DNA of 64,000 nt from Octopus sinensis (taxonomy: Eukaryota): contig NC_043005.1 in NCBI RefSeq assembly GCF_006345805.1, positions 16,120,001 through 16,184,000 of the forward strand, in the 5' to 3' direction. Every line of letters begins with the position of its first letter. Within the stretch, counting starts at the first letter, position 1. A model generated the notes under the pieces. It saw nothing but the letters and a program-made list of their open reading frames with translations. It was not told the DNA's origin and did not search any database. Shown here in pieces: positions 1 through 12,789 of the stretch. The position numbers and the translations under genes were made by a program.

Positions 1-61
1 TCACGGGTAGACTGCCTTTGATCATGCATTTGTTCGAACAGAACTGGCCTGGGGATGGTCA

Positions 62-545
62 CCGACGGCAACAATGATTATCGTATCGCCATTACCACCG
101 CCACCACCACCACCACCACCATCACCACCATCACCATCACCGCCGCCACCGCCACCGCCTCCGCCACCGCTACCTCTATCATTATCGCCGCCGCTATATT
201 ACATCAGTACACTACCCTGCTCCCCCCCCCTCTCAACACCAAAAACCCACCCTTCCTACTCTGAGTCCATCACACGTACCCCCACCCCCACGCCCCACTA
301 ATGCTATCATCATCAGCACTATCACCATCGCCAGATCCATCATCAACATCATCACCACCACCACCACCACCACCACCACCATCACCACCACCACCACCAC
401 CATCACCACCACCACCACCACCACCGCCACCACCACCATCACCACCACCACCACCACCATCACCACCACCACCACCACCACCACCACCACCACCACCACC
501 ATCACCACCACCACCACCACCATCACCACCACCACCATCATCACA
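62..545. repeat. (CAC/ACC)n trinucleotide tract
   Basis: Long imperfect CCA/CAC/CAT run; source of the poly-P/T/G/V ORFs at 55-783. Confidence 0.95.
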
Positions 546-929
546 ACCACTATACAAGCAAGGCGCACACAGAAACCAAAAAAAAAAGAAAAAAAAGCTA
601 GATAAATACGCTGACAACAGCAACAAATGCTTTGAATGGGTGGGTACGGTTTTTTGTGTATACGACAGCCACCTCTTCCGCTTCTTAACCACCGCCACAA
701 GAAACTGTAGCTCCGCCTTCCAGCATCTTCTCCACCCCACCCCACCCCATCCCCACCCGTTTCAACTCCCTTCGCCCTCATAGCTCTCTCTCTCTCTCTC
801 TCTCTTTGCCAACGTCACGCAATCAATCTGTTGAAACGGTTACATCTTAGAAAATACATACGTAAGGCTTTTTTTTGCCTCCAGCAAGAATTTGCCGTGT
901 AGACAAACACTTCTGGCCTTTACAATTTC

Positions 930-992
930 CTCCTTCATCCTCTCTGTCTCTCTCTCTCTCTCTGTCTCCTCTGTCTCTCTCTGTCTGTCTTC

Positions 993-1036
<44 letters not shown>

Positions 1037-1533
1037 TCTGTCTGTGTCTGTCTCTCATTCACTTTCTCTTTCTCTCTCTATCCGTCTTTCTAAGCTGCGT
1101 CTGACGTTTTCACACTTTCCGTTCATTCGCTATCACATATTTACATGTGTGTGCGTGCGTGCATTCTTGTGTGTGTGCGTGTATGTGTGTGTATTGTGTG
1201 TGTGTGTGTATTGTGTGTGTGTGTGTGTGAGTACACATATGTATGCGACCGTGCGAATGATGTGTTTGCGTAAGTTCCGCATATATGTGTGTGTCTACCC
1301 GATTGTGTATGTATGTATGTATGTATGCGTGTGTGCATGTGTGTCTGTGTCATTTTACGCGCGTATGTTCTGTGAGACATTTTTTCACACAAACTGAAAA
1401 ATTCTAATTCCCTACATTATACGTACGCACAACTGTATGTGTATACACATACATACAATGATATGCATGCACGCATACATATACAGAAAGCCAGAGAGAG
1501 AGAGATATACACGCATAAGCAACACACATACCT

Positions 1534-1565
<32 letters not shown>

Positions 1566-1822
1566 GTGCATACACGCATGCATATTAATATATGTGTATA
1601 TATTTATATATATATACGCACACACACATATAAGTATGTATACGAGTATATACATATATATATACACGCACATATATATATGTATGTATACGTGTATATA
1701 TATATATACATTCATTCATATGTGTGTGTGTCTCTGTGTGAATACACATGCATATATATATAACACACACACACACACACACACACCACATTATATATAT
1801 ATTATATATATATATTATATAG

Positions 1823-1855
<33 letters not shown>

Positions 1856-1860
1856 CATAT
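930..1860. repeat. Compound (CT)n/(GT)n/(CA)n/(AT)n microsatellite mosaic
   Basis: Directly visible dinucleotide and tetranucleotide runs. Confidence 0.9.
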
Positions 1861-1861
1861 C

Positions 1862-1935
1862 TTTAATGGCGGTGCCCCAGCATGGCCACAGCTCGTGAGC
1901 TGAAAATAGATAAAATGAAATAAAATGAAAAAAGA
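1862..1935 (+). mobile_element. SINE family A, 3' tail fragment
   Basis: GGCGGTGCCCCAGCATGGCCACAGC...TGAAA matches the 3' end of full family A copies (reverse complement of 46690-46750). Confidence 0.7.
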
Positions 1936-1945
1936 ATATATATAG

Positions 1946-2002
<57 letters not shown>

Positions 2003-2477
2003 CTATATATACACATTTGCACAGTTGTCAGCGAGGTACAGTGGAGGATTCCTTCCTGGTTAGTGACCATAACATAACGAGGACCTCCCACGCTGCTGGT
2101 ATTGCAGTGACCGAGGTGTCCAATCTGAGTGTGATCAGGTCAATGCCTGCGGGGAAAACATAGTTAGAGGGGAAAATGGGGGTGTTTCAGAACACGTGAC
2201 GGTGTTTCGCCAATTAGTTAGAAACACACAGACATACATACACACGTATACACGCACATACACGCGCATACAGATAGACACATGCGCGCGTTCAAATACA
2301 CACACACAACGAAAGCGCACATTCGTCTCTCTCACATACATACATACATACATACATACAGACTTGTAGATATGTATACATATATTTATATTTATACACA
2401 CATGTACGCACCCACACGTTCATATATATATGTATACGTGGATATGTGCACAAATACAAAAATGTGTGCGTATGTGC

Positions 2478-2517
<40 letters not shown>

Positions 2518-3196
2518 GAGAGAGAGAGAGAGAGAGATAGAGAGAGAGATAGATAGATAGATAGATAGACAGACAGATAGATAGATAATGTCGGAATGTA
2601 CGTACTTGTGTGTATTGTGTGTGTGTGTGTGTTTTATGTATGTGTGTGTGTATGTATGCATGCATGCGTGTATGTGTGTGTATATATGTATGTGTATGCG
2701 CATGCGTGTGGTGTATATTGTATGTGTATGAATGTGTGATAACGCACCATGTACATTCAGGTCTCTCGTCAACAAACCAATGGGTGCGGGGGTCAACGAG
2801 TACAAAAGGTATTTCCTGTTCTATTTTCGTTCTCCTAAACATTAAGAAGATTCAAAAAGTAGCATTGTAATCTTATTCCGAGTTCTCGTTGTCGCTAACG
2901 ACGGACGAGACTTCACTTTCACATATTACCTATCTGCTATAAATGAATTCAGACAAACAGTGAGAGATCAGTTAACACCAGATGATCGACGCCTGTAAGG
3001 GTTTTTGAATCTTCATGCAGTCACTCATTTAACATTCCTACTGAGCTAACGTGTCTGTGTTGTTAAGTATTTCATGTTGCAGGTACGTGGCTTCAAGTTC
3101 AGCTCCACTGCGCGGCGCTTCGAGAAACTGTCTTTAAATAAAGCCCCGAGTCAACTAAAGTCTTGTAAGCGAATTTGGTTGAGAGAAACTGTATAG

Positions 3197-3455
3197 AAGG
3201 CGGCGAGCTGGCAGAAACGTTAGCACGCCAGGCAAAATGCTTACCGGTATTTCGTCTGCCAAGGCGGCGAGCTGGCAGAAACGTTAGCACGCCGGGCAAA
3301 ATGCTTACCGGTATTTCGTCTGCCAAGGCGGCGAGCTGGCAGAAACGGTAGCACGCCGGGCGAAATGCGTAGCCGTATTTCGTCTGCCGTTACGTTCTGA
3401 GTTCAAATTTCGCCGAGGTCGACTTTGCCTTTCATCCTTTCGGGGACGAAATAAG
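3197..3455 (+). mobile_element. SINE family C with a triplicated 64-bp head
   Basis: AAGGCGGCGAGCTGGCAGAAACG unit starts at 3197, 3261 and 3325, followed by B-box-like GTTCAAATT and the GCCGAGGTCGACTTTGCCTTTCATCC body. Confidence 0.9.
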
Positions 3456-3538
3456 TCATCTGTGGAGATTGTTGACAAACATAGACGCAGAAACATATGC
3501 ACAAAGACACACACACACACACACATATATATTTATGT

Positions 3539-3597
<59 letters not shown>

Positions 3598-3604
3598 CTT
3601 ATAT

Positions 3605-3735
3605 ACGACGGGCTTCTTTCAGTTCCGTCTACCAAATCCACTCACAAGGGTTGATGGGCCCTGGCTATAGTAGAAGACACTTGCCCAAGGTGCCACGCAG
3701 TGCGACTGAACCTGGAACCATGTGATTGGTAAGCA
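3605..3735 (-). mobile_element. SINE family A, partial
   Basis: GACGGGCTTCTTTCAGTTCCGTCTACCAAATCC...CTTGCCCAAGGTGCCACGCAG, shared with other A copies. Confidence 0.85.
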
Positions 3736-4113
3736 TCGTGGCACTCCGTCGGTTACGACAACGTGGGTTCCAGTTGATCCGATCAACGGAACAGCCTGAT
3801 CGTGAAATTAACGTGTAAGTGGCTGAGCACTCCACAGACACGTGTACCCTTCACGTAGTTCTCGGAGAGATTCAGAGTGACACAGTATGTGACAAGGCTG
3901 GCCCTTTGAAATACAGGTACAACAGAAAGAGGAAGAAAGAGTGAGAAAACTTGTGGTGAAAGAGTACAGCAAGCGTTCGTCACCACCCACTGCCGGAGCC
4001 TCGTGGAGCTTTAAGTGTTTCCAGTCAATAAACACAACGTCCAGTCTGGGCGATTCTGGGCGATCCTACGACCGCGAGTTCACTGCCCTAACCACTGGGC
4101 CATTGCACCTCTA
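3736..4113 (-). mobile_element. SINE family D head with tail X
   Basis: tRNA-like head GAGGTGCAATGGCCCAGTGGTTAGGGCAG (A box TGGCCCAGTGG); the 3' part matches the tail of family B copies at 41751 and 54641. Confidence 0.85.
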
Positions 4114-4181
4114 CTTACATAATATATACACATACATGCATAGATACACGCAATACACCTACACATGCGTATGTATGTATG

Positions 4182-4215
<34 letters not shown>

Positions 4216-4242
4216 TGTATGTATGTATCTATGTATCTATAC

Positions 4243-4435
4243 TCCTTTACTCTTTTACTTGTTTCAGTCATTTGACTGCGGCCATGCTGGAGCACCGCCT
4301 TTAGTCGAGCAAATCGACCCGGGACTTATTCTATCGGTCTCTTATGCCGAACCGCTAAGTAACGGGACATAAACTCACCAGCATCGGTTGTCAAGCAATG
4401 CTAGGGGGACAAACACAGACACACATATACACACA

Positions 4436-4479
<44 letters not shown>

Positions 4480-4647
4480 ATATACACATTATACGACAGG
4501 CTTCTTTCATTTCCGTCTACCAAATCCACTCACAAGGCATTGGTCGGCCGGGGCTATAGCAGAAGACACTTGCCCAAGATGCCACGCAGTGGGACTGAAC
4601 CCGGAACCATGTGGTTGGTTAGCAAGCTACTTACCACACAGCCACTC
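4243..4647 (-). mobile_element. SINE family A, full length (tRNA head, CORE-like centre, internal microsatellite, AAAAGAGT-type tail)
   Basis: A box TGGCTGTGTGG, B box GGTTCAGTCCC, CTTGGGCAAGTGTCTT centre; more than 15 related copies in the window. Octopus tRNA-derived SINEs (OK/OR1/OR2) are known, but I cannot assign the family name. Confidence 0.9.
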
Positions 4648-4668
4648 GTATCCATATGGAAAGGTTTG

Positions 4669-4712
4669 ACAGTGGCTAAGAAGTTTCGGCTCGCTCCCCT
4701 TCGTCAGACTGT
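4669..4712 (-). ncRNA. Type I hammerhead-like motif with U16.1C substitution
   Basis: ACAGU-CUGACGA-A-GG...CC-GAAA-C(UUCUUA)G-CC-ACUGU; 5-bp helix I. Confidence 0.5.
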
Positions 4713-4916
4713 GTGAAGAAGTCAAGCAATAAACAACTTCGAAATCACTCTTACCGCTTTCTCCGTACAAGTTTAGTAGACGTGTACTCTATTAAAAAGT
4801 ATCCTTTAGTTAAATGCTAAGTTTTATTTTTAACTTAACACAAAAATAAACAAACGATATACATATATATATATACATATATGTATACATACATACGTCC
4901 TACATACATTGATACA

Positions 4917-4950
<34 letters not shown>

Positions 4951-5025
4951 ATTCCCGCTAAAAAATATTTACAAACGTGTTCTGTAATATTGTACAGAAC
5001 TGAAACAAACACTGTTGATGCACCC

Positions 5026-5080
<55 letters not shown>

Positions 5081-5136
5081 GATTTATTCCCTAATATTTA
5101 TTATTTATATATATACATATATATATATACATACAT

Positions 5137-5216
<80 letters not shown>

Positions 5217-6301
5217 GTATTATATATACGTACCACACACATATATAATTGCCTACATAGGCACATAAGCATATCTACACTTGTTACTTGACTGGCAGTA
5301 GAATGTGCCAAGTAAGCAAGAAATTTTTCGCTGTTTCTCTACACTCTTGGAGACTTTCTGCTTAACTTATATTCCCTGTTGTGCTTCATTCTTCCTTCCC
5401 CGTCACCACAACCATCCTCACAACCATCTCGAAACCACCCCACAGCCAGACGTCTCTGTAATTTTCCGCCTCCGCTCCTGTTCCTGAAATCTTAACCACC
5501 CCTCATCCTTCTGTTTTTGCAAACACCCCCTCTTTCTTTTTTCATATTATCGTCTAGCACCAATTTATCCCCCAACGCCGACGACGTCACCGTCAGCGCC
5601 ACCAAGGCCCACACCACGACACACAGACACACAGACACCACACACACACACACACACCGTACACATACCAATATCACTGTTACGTCCTCAACAAGCACAA
5701 TTGTACCCATGCTTTCCCACCACCCTGTCTTATTACCACCACGAGTACCATGGCCACCACTAACCATCACTATGACTGCCTCGCCACCCCGCCACTATCA
5801 TCACCACACCACCACCAACAACAACACCATAACACGTTTAAAACCCCCATCGTCACCACCATCACCGCTATCTTAAACGCAAAGAGAATTCCTCTTATAA
5901 CATTGCCACACCTTCCAAAATCCTTTTCCTCTCTTTGTATCTGTGTATTAGACTCTCTCTCTCTCTCTCTTTCTCTTTCTTTCTCTCTCTCTTCATCTCT
6001 CTTTCTCTCCCTCACTGTTTCTCTCTCTCTTACTTTTACTTTCTCCTTTTACTGCACTTAATCTCTGCCACCCATCTTCATCAGCATATACTCACTCACT
6101 TTCTCTCTCTCTCTCTTTTTCTGTCTCTCTCTTTTATTCTCTCTCTCTTTCTTTCTCTATCTTTCACTCTCTTCCTCTCCCTTTTTCTGTCTCTTTCTCT
6201 CTCTTTGCTTCCGTCTCTCTTTCTCTCTCTATCTCTCACTCTCTTCCTCTCTATTTTTCTCACTCTTTCTCTCTCTCTCCCTCTCTTTCTGTCTTTCTCT
6301 T

Positions 6302-6338
<37 letters not shown>

Positions 6339-7037
6339 TTTTCCTCTCCTCATCCATCCATTATAAAATTTTCCTGAATGCTAACATTTCTTAAAAAATT
6401 AAAATATAAATAAAAAACACGCCACCACTAATCGCATCACCATCATTCACTCTCACTCGCCAACCAACCCCACCGCTTGCCATAGCCACCACTCATCACT
6501 CAACACACCACCACGACCTGCCATAGCCATCGCTCATCACTCAATACACCACCACCATAACAACAAACACTAACACTGCTACAACCATAACAGAGACGAC
6601 CACCACCACTACCAGCATCACCACCACCAGTACTCACATAACCACTATTGACTAACCAGTACCACTGACCAACCAGTACCACAACAAAAGAGCTACAACT
6701 ACCGATGACTAACTAGTATTACTACCACAACCACCTCACAGCTACCAGTAATTAACTCGTACCACCACCGCACACGCTAACCAATACTACGACCACAACT
6801 AACACTTACTATACAGTTGCACTACCCACGCCACCAACACCAACACCAGTATTACGTCAACACTAGTACCTCTCCAGTACTAGTACTACCACCACAACTA
6901 CAACCAGCCACCCCTACCACCATAACTACTTATAGCTAGACCGTATGTCTGCATTACCTACTACTGACATCAATTATCCTACCTTTCTTGTTACTCTTCC
7001 AGGGAAAAACAAAAAAAAACAGAAGTATCTGCAATTA

Positions 7038-7598
7038 CGAGAGTGAGTCAAAAAGTAATACCATTTTGTTCAGGACAGGTATAAATTACCAACACAGGAA
7101 CATGTATCATACATCAAAATGAAGCTGGTCCTCTGCGGATCACATCACTACTTCTCAACATAGTCACCGTTTCTCTCAATAGCAATGTTCCGCCTTCGAA
7201 TGAGAGCATGTAACCCTGACCCGTAAAATTCTGTTGACTGTTCTTTAAGACCCTTCTTCCCTTCAGTTTTCACTTCCTCATCAATGGAATACTTTAGCGC
7301 CTTCAGACTATCATCTTTTTGGCCCCATGAAAGAGGGTTTTAGAGGCAATCATTATTCCAGTGACGAGGAAGTGAAAACTGTGGTGAAGAAGTGGCTCAA
7401 AGAACAGTCAACAGAATTCTACGGGGCAGGGATACATGCTCTCATTCGAAGGTGGAATATTGATATTGAGAGAAACGGTGACTATGTTGAGAAGTAGGGA
7501 TGTGAGGACCAGCTTCATTTTGATGTATGATACATGTTCCTGTGTCGGTAATTATACCTGTCCTAAACAAAATGGCATTAATTTTTGACTAACCCTCG
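7038..7598. mobile_element. Fold-back mariner derivative: two inverted copies of the 3' end, TA target duplication
   Basis: TA flanks at 7036-7037 and 7599-7600; arms 7038-7291 and 7354-7598 are inverted. Confidence 0.9.
7294..7497 (+). pseudogene. Mariner transposase C-terminal remnant
   Basis: LAPSDYHLFGPMKEGFRGNHYSSDEEVKTVVKKWLKEQSTEFYGAGIHALIRRWNIDIERNGDYVEK*, containing the third Asp of the DD34D triad. Confidence 0.9.
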
Positions 7599-7715
7599 TA
7601 TTTTAGACCAATTGTCCCACCCCTTTATCAGTTGCTTACCCCAATTCCACCCCTCCAGCCACCCGTATATGGTTTTAAAAAGTATGCTTCTATACAACAC
7701 AGTTTATTACATAAT

Positions 7716-7910
7716 TCTTTTATCCTTTTATTTGTTTCAATCATTTTGACTGCGGCCGTGCTGGAGCTCCGCCTTGGGACAAACGAATCAACCCCTAGTA
7801 TTTAATCTATCGGTCTCTTTTGCCGAACCGCTAAGTTACGGAGACGTAAACACATCAACATCAGTTGTCAAGCGATGGTGGGAGGACATACACAGACACA
7901 CAAACATATA
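7716..7910 (-). mobile_element. SINE family A, 3' half
   Basis: TTGACTGCGGCCGTGCTGGAGC...GCCGAACCGCTAAGTTACGG. Confidence 0.8.
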
Positions 7911-7913
7911 CAT

Positions 7914-8103
7914 CACCATGATTGACCGCTAACCACTAAACCTTTTTGCTTCTCTCTCTTTTTTTATTCTCGTGTCCTTTTCTGTTGAAGAGCGTAGGCT
8001 CGAAACGTAAAAGCCTTTCTCACCTTTCCGAGCGTTAAACTAATACACTTGTTTGTTGTCTATACACCTGTCTTTGTTCTTTGTTTTTCTGTAAATTCCA
8101 ACT
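7914..8103 (+). mobile_element. ~180-bp interspersed element with variant hammerhead-like motif (copy 1 of 5)
   Basis: CTGTTGAAGAGCGTAGGCTCGAAACGTAAAAG at 7977-8013; related copies at 20869, 23570, 24175 and 53695. Confidence 0.8.
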
Positions 8104-8108
8104 ATATA

Positions 8109-8143
<35 letters not shown>

Positions 8144-8318
8144 ATGTATGTATGTATGTATGTATGTATGTATGTATGTATGTATGTATATATATATATT
8201 TATATATAATATATATATATATATATATAAGAAATTAAAAAAGGAAAATACGCACACTTACATGGTCTTTATTAATTTTTAATATATCGACCGGTTTCGC
8301 TATTGCTATATATATATA

Positions 8319-8484
8319 TACGACGAGCTTCTTTCAGTTTCCGTCTACCAAATCCACTCACAATGCTTTGGTCGACCCGAGGCTACGGTAGAAAACACTT
8401 GCCCAAGGTGCCACGCAGTGGGACTGAACCCGGAATTATGTGATTGGAAAGCAAGCCACTTACCACACAGCTACTCCGGCACCT
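8319..8484 (-). mobile_element. SINE family A, 5' half
   Basis: Head and centre match other A copies. Confidence 0.85.
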
Positions 8485-8514
8485 ATATCAACAATCTTAT
8501 ATAAATTTAGCATT

Positions 8515-9090
8515 AGTGGCTGCGTGGTAAGAAGTTTGCTTCCCAACCGCATGGTTCCGGCTTCAGTTCCACTGCGTGGCAACTTGGACAGGTGTCTGTT
8601 ACTATATCTTCGGGCAGACTCAGAGTATTAGTTAGTTAGTTAGTTAGTTAATTTGGCTCAAAAGCAAATAGCAAGGCCATGTAGGGGGACATGGAGTTAA
8701 GTACAGGGTGGTGTTCATGTAAAGAGTTCAGGCCACTTGGGTCCAGGGAGGCTTTGAACAAAGCGGTCGTCGGCATCTTCACCATCTCGTCTGGCAGCTT
8801 GTTCCACGGATCCGCAACCCGGACGGAGAAAGCTCCTCTCCTTCGATTGAGATGAAATCGTCGCAGGTAGAGCTTTTCGGAATGACCCCGCAGCCGACGC
8901 TCCGGAGCAGGAGTGAAGAACAGCTCTTTCGAGAGGTTACACTTCCCGCTTATGATGTTGTGGGCGAGAATGAGATCACCACGGCGGCGGCGTTTTTCAA
9001 GAGAATAAAGGTCGAGCGTCCTCAGCCTTTCTTCGTAGGACAAATTTTTGAGACCATGTGTGGATTTGGTAGATGGAAACTGAAAGAAGT
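8515..9090 (+). mobile_element. SINE family A interrupted by a CR1 fragment
   Basis: Head 8515-8625; body resumes at about 9057 (TGTGGATTTGGTAGATGGAAACTGAAAGAAG). Confidence 0.75.
8626..9058 (-). mobile_element. CR1-clade LINE 3' end, 5'-truncated, with (AACT)n tail
   Basis: GLKNLSYEERLRTLDLYSLEKRRRRGDLI...RLRGH...AFSVRVADPWNKLP is the typical CR1 ORF2 C-terminus; TTAG repeat at 8627-8650. Confidence 0.9.
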
Positions 9091-9091
9091 C

Positions 9092-9306
9092 TGAAATACA
9101 GGTACAACAGAAACAGGAAGAAAAAGTGAGAGAAAGTTGTGGTGAAAGAGTACAGTAGGGTTCGCTACCTCCCACTTCAAGAGCCTCGTGGCGCTTTAGG
9201 TGTTTTTGCTCCATAAACACTCACAACACCCGGTCTGGGAATCAAAACCGCTCTCCTACGACAGCGAATCCGCTGCCCTAACCACTGGGCCATTGTGCCT
9301 CCACTA
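9092..9306 (-). mobile_element. SINE family D, 3'-truncated
   Basis: Head GTGGAGGCACAATGGCCCAGTGGTTAGGGCAGCGG; body matches 3905-4113. Confidence 0.85.
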
Positions 9307-9354
9307 TACACACACACGCACATACATACATACATACATACATACATACATACA

Positions 9355-9387
<33 letters not shown>

Positions 9388-9399
9388 TTATATGAATAA

Positions 9400-9765
9400 A
9401 GGCAGGTGTCGCTGTGTGGTAAGAAGCTTGCTTCTGAACCATTGGTTCAGTCCCACTGCTTAGCACCTTAGGCAAGTGTCTTCTGCTATAGCTTCGGGCC
9501 AACCAAAGCCTTGTAGGCGGAAACTGAAAGAAGCCCGTCATATATATGTGTGTGTGTGTTTTTCCCACCACCGCTTGACAACCGGTGTCGGCGTGTTTAC
9601 GCCCCTGTAACCCAGCGGTTCGGGAAAGAGACCGGTAGAATAAGCAGCAACCATAGAAAAGATTATTACTGGATTCGATTCATTCAACTAAAAGTTCTTC
9701 AAAGCAGTGCCCCAGCATGGCCTCAGTCTAATGACTGATACACGTAAAAAATAAAAGACGAAAGA
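9400..9765 (+). mobile_element. SINE family A, near full length and diverged
   Basis: Head GCTGTGTGGTAAGAAGCTTGC; tail CAGTGCCCCAGCATGGCC. Confidence 0.8.
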
Positions 9766-10111
9766 TTAATGCACTTATAGATCAAAGTTAAGGAAAATAT
9801 ATCCAGCAAAAGCAGCCCGAATAATGCTAGTTCTAAAAAATTCAAAAGAAAATTTCTTCCTTTGAAGTTTCCAAGTTTTCCCTAGAATCCCGAAAACCCC
9901 TCTTCTTCGGAGTTTTCGGAGTCCTGCTGTTTTAGACACAAATACAGTTAAAACTTGAACTCCATAACCTTTTGATTCCAATTGTTTATTGTTACTCCCA
10001 GCAAAGTAATTTCTCAGTCACAACGATCACTATAACAGTACTATCACTACAACCAGTACTATCACCAACACAACACCACCGACTACCGAAACATGTTGCA
10101 CCACTATCAAA

Positions 10112-10804
10112 CTAACACCGCTTACCAAAATGGTTGTCGTAAAGAATCCACTTTTCATTGCAGGTCACAGACCGGTCGAGAAACGCATCGTTCTTGTTGC
10201 GTAAAAGAAGGGAAGACGACACTTCAAAATGGCGTTTGTTTTTTTTAGTTTTGGTTGTCGTCCAATTCGTGCGGCACCCATTTCTCAAGTATTTTTGTTT
10301 TTCCAATCTCTTTCAAGTGGTTGGAAATTGTGGTATATGTTACGTCTACTTCAGAAGCAAGTTCTCGAACAGTTGTGCGTGGATTGGCTTCCACTAAGGC
10401 TCTTAGTTGATCGTTGTCAACATCCGATGGCCGACCACAACGCTTATCATCTTCAAGACTCTCGTCACGGCTACGAAATTTCTTGAACCACCATTGTGCT
10501 ATAAGTTCTTTAGTGGTTCCTGGGCCAAACGCATCGTTGATATCGCGAGCTGTTTCAGCAGCTTTTCGGCCTAGCTTGAACTGCAATAAGAAAATTGTGC
10601 GAGTTTAGTTTTTGTCCATGTTATATTCAACGTTCCAGAAAAAATGCCCTAATTATTCAAAAAGAAAAAGAGTAAGACGATTAGAGCGGAAAACGGGCTT
10701 TAAAATGATATATAAAGTCAAAGTAATTTAACGAAAATTAACTTGAAAATACATCATTTAAAACCAAAATTTAAAATTCCGTAAGAACTTTCTTGACAAC
10801 CTGA
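10112..10804 (-). mobile_element. Mariner 5' half with decayed transposase
   Basis: TIR TA|TCAGGTTGTCAAGAAAGTTCTTACGG at 10804; ATG at 10619; HTH region, WVPHEL, and TCNEKWILYDN (first catalytic D changed to N); in-frame stops. Confidence 0.9.
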
Positions 10805-11239
10805 TATTTATATGCACGGTGAACAAGAAGTTTCGAAATGATATCTTCTGGCAAATTCCAAATGATATTTTCTAGCAAATTTGATATCTTCTGCCAAATT
10901 CACGAATGTATTCAGGAAAACAAGCAGAGAGGAAGTCAATGTCACATGTGTGGACGACGATACACCGGCGATATGAGTGAGCCTGATGCATAAACGGATA
11001 AATGGGTAAGTCAGATCGTGTATTGTTCACTCGCTTGTTAAACGCATGCTTGGAAACTGCACCTAGTGGTCTGCATCAGTAGAAAAATTATACAATGTAG
11101 TGTGCAAGTTTGGATGACTCTATAATGTGAAAGAAAAAAGATACTGGCGTCAGAGAGAAAGAAGTAAGAATTGTTTTGCGTATACGTTTCTCTGCTAACG
11201 TATCATAGCATTACACATGTATATATAATGTAAAACATC

Positions 11240-12193
11240 AATACATACATACATACTTCCTACTCATACATACATACATACATACATACATACATACTAC
11301 ATACATACATGCAGACATACATACATACACACACACCACACATACATACGTACATAATACCTACATACATAACATACATCATACATACATACATACATGC
11401 ATGCATGCATGCATACATACATACATACATACACACACATACATACATACATACATAAATACATACATACATACATACATACATACATACATACATGCAT
11501 GCATACATCATACATATATACATACATACATACATACATAACATACATACATGCATACAACACACACATACATACATACACATACATACATATACATACA
11601 CATCATACACACATACATACATACATACATAAATACATACATACATACATACATAACATGCATGCATATCATACATACCTACATACAAAAAATAATACAT
11701 ACATACATACATACATAAATACATACATACATACATACATACATACATACATGCATGCCTACTACATACATACATACCTAAATTACATACATACAGACAT
11801 ACTACATGCATGCAATGCATACATCATACATACATACATACATACATACAACACAGATACATACATACATACATACATACATACATACATAAAACATACA
11901 TACATACACACACATACACACATACATACATACATACATACATAAATACATACATACATACATACATACACATGCATGCATACATACATACATACATACA
12001 TACTAAATACATACATACATACATACATACATACATACATACATACATACATACATGCATGCATGCATACATACATACATACATACATACACACACATAC
12101 ATACATATATACATACATACATACATAAATACATACATACATACATACATACATACATGCATGCATACATACATATATACATACATACATAAA

Positions 12194-12227
<34 letters not shown>

Positions 12228-12325
12228 CATACATACATACATACATACATACTTACATACATACATACATGCATACATAAATACATATATACATACATAC
12301 AATACATACATACACACATACATAT
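11240..12325. repeat. (ATAC)n/(ATGC)n tract of about 1.1 kb
   Basis: Directly visible; source of the HTYI/MYVC ORFs. Confidence 0.95.
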
Positions 12326-12632
12326 AGAAACACGCTCAGATTCGGATAAACATGCACACATCCGTACGTGCACATGTATATATATATTATATATATCGTC
12401 AGTAAATCATAAAATAAATCCGAAAGAGAAGTACACTCTAAGTTATAAAATAGTAGAGAATTTTAAGAAAGATAGTTATGAACCGGCCATAACTGTGATA
12501 TAGTTAGACACAGACAGACGGACAGGCAGACAGACAGACAGATAGATAGATAGGCAGACAGACAGATAGATAGATGGTTAGATAAATTGATATAGACTTA
12601 GGTATGCATCTTTCTCTCTCTCTCTCCCCGAT

Positions 12633-12683
<51 letters not shown>

Positions 12684-12789
12684 TTATACACATATATATA
12701 CATATATATACAAACACACACACACATATAATATATATATATTATATATAATATATAATCAAAATAAGCAACAGGATATCCAGAGGTAG

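Noticed and set aside
2000-2215. GC-richer island with a minus-strand acceptor-like TTTTCCCCGCAG and a GAAACACCGTC motif
   Set aside because: No convincing donor or protein match, and no CUGANGA upstream for a hammerhead
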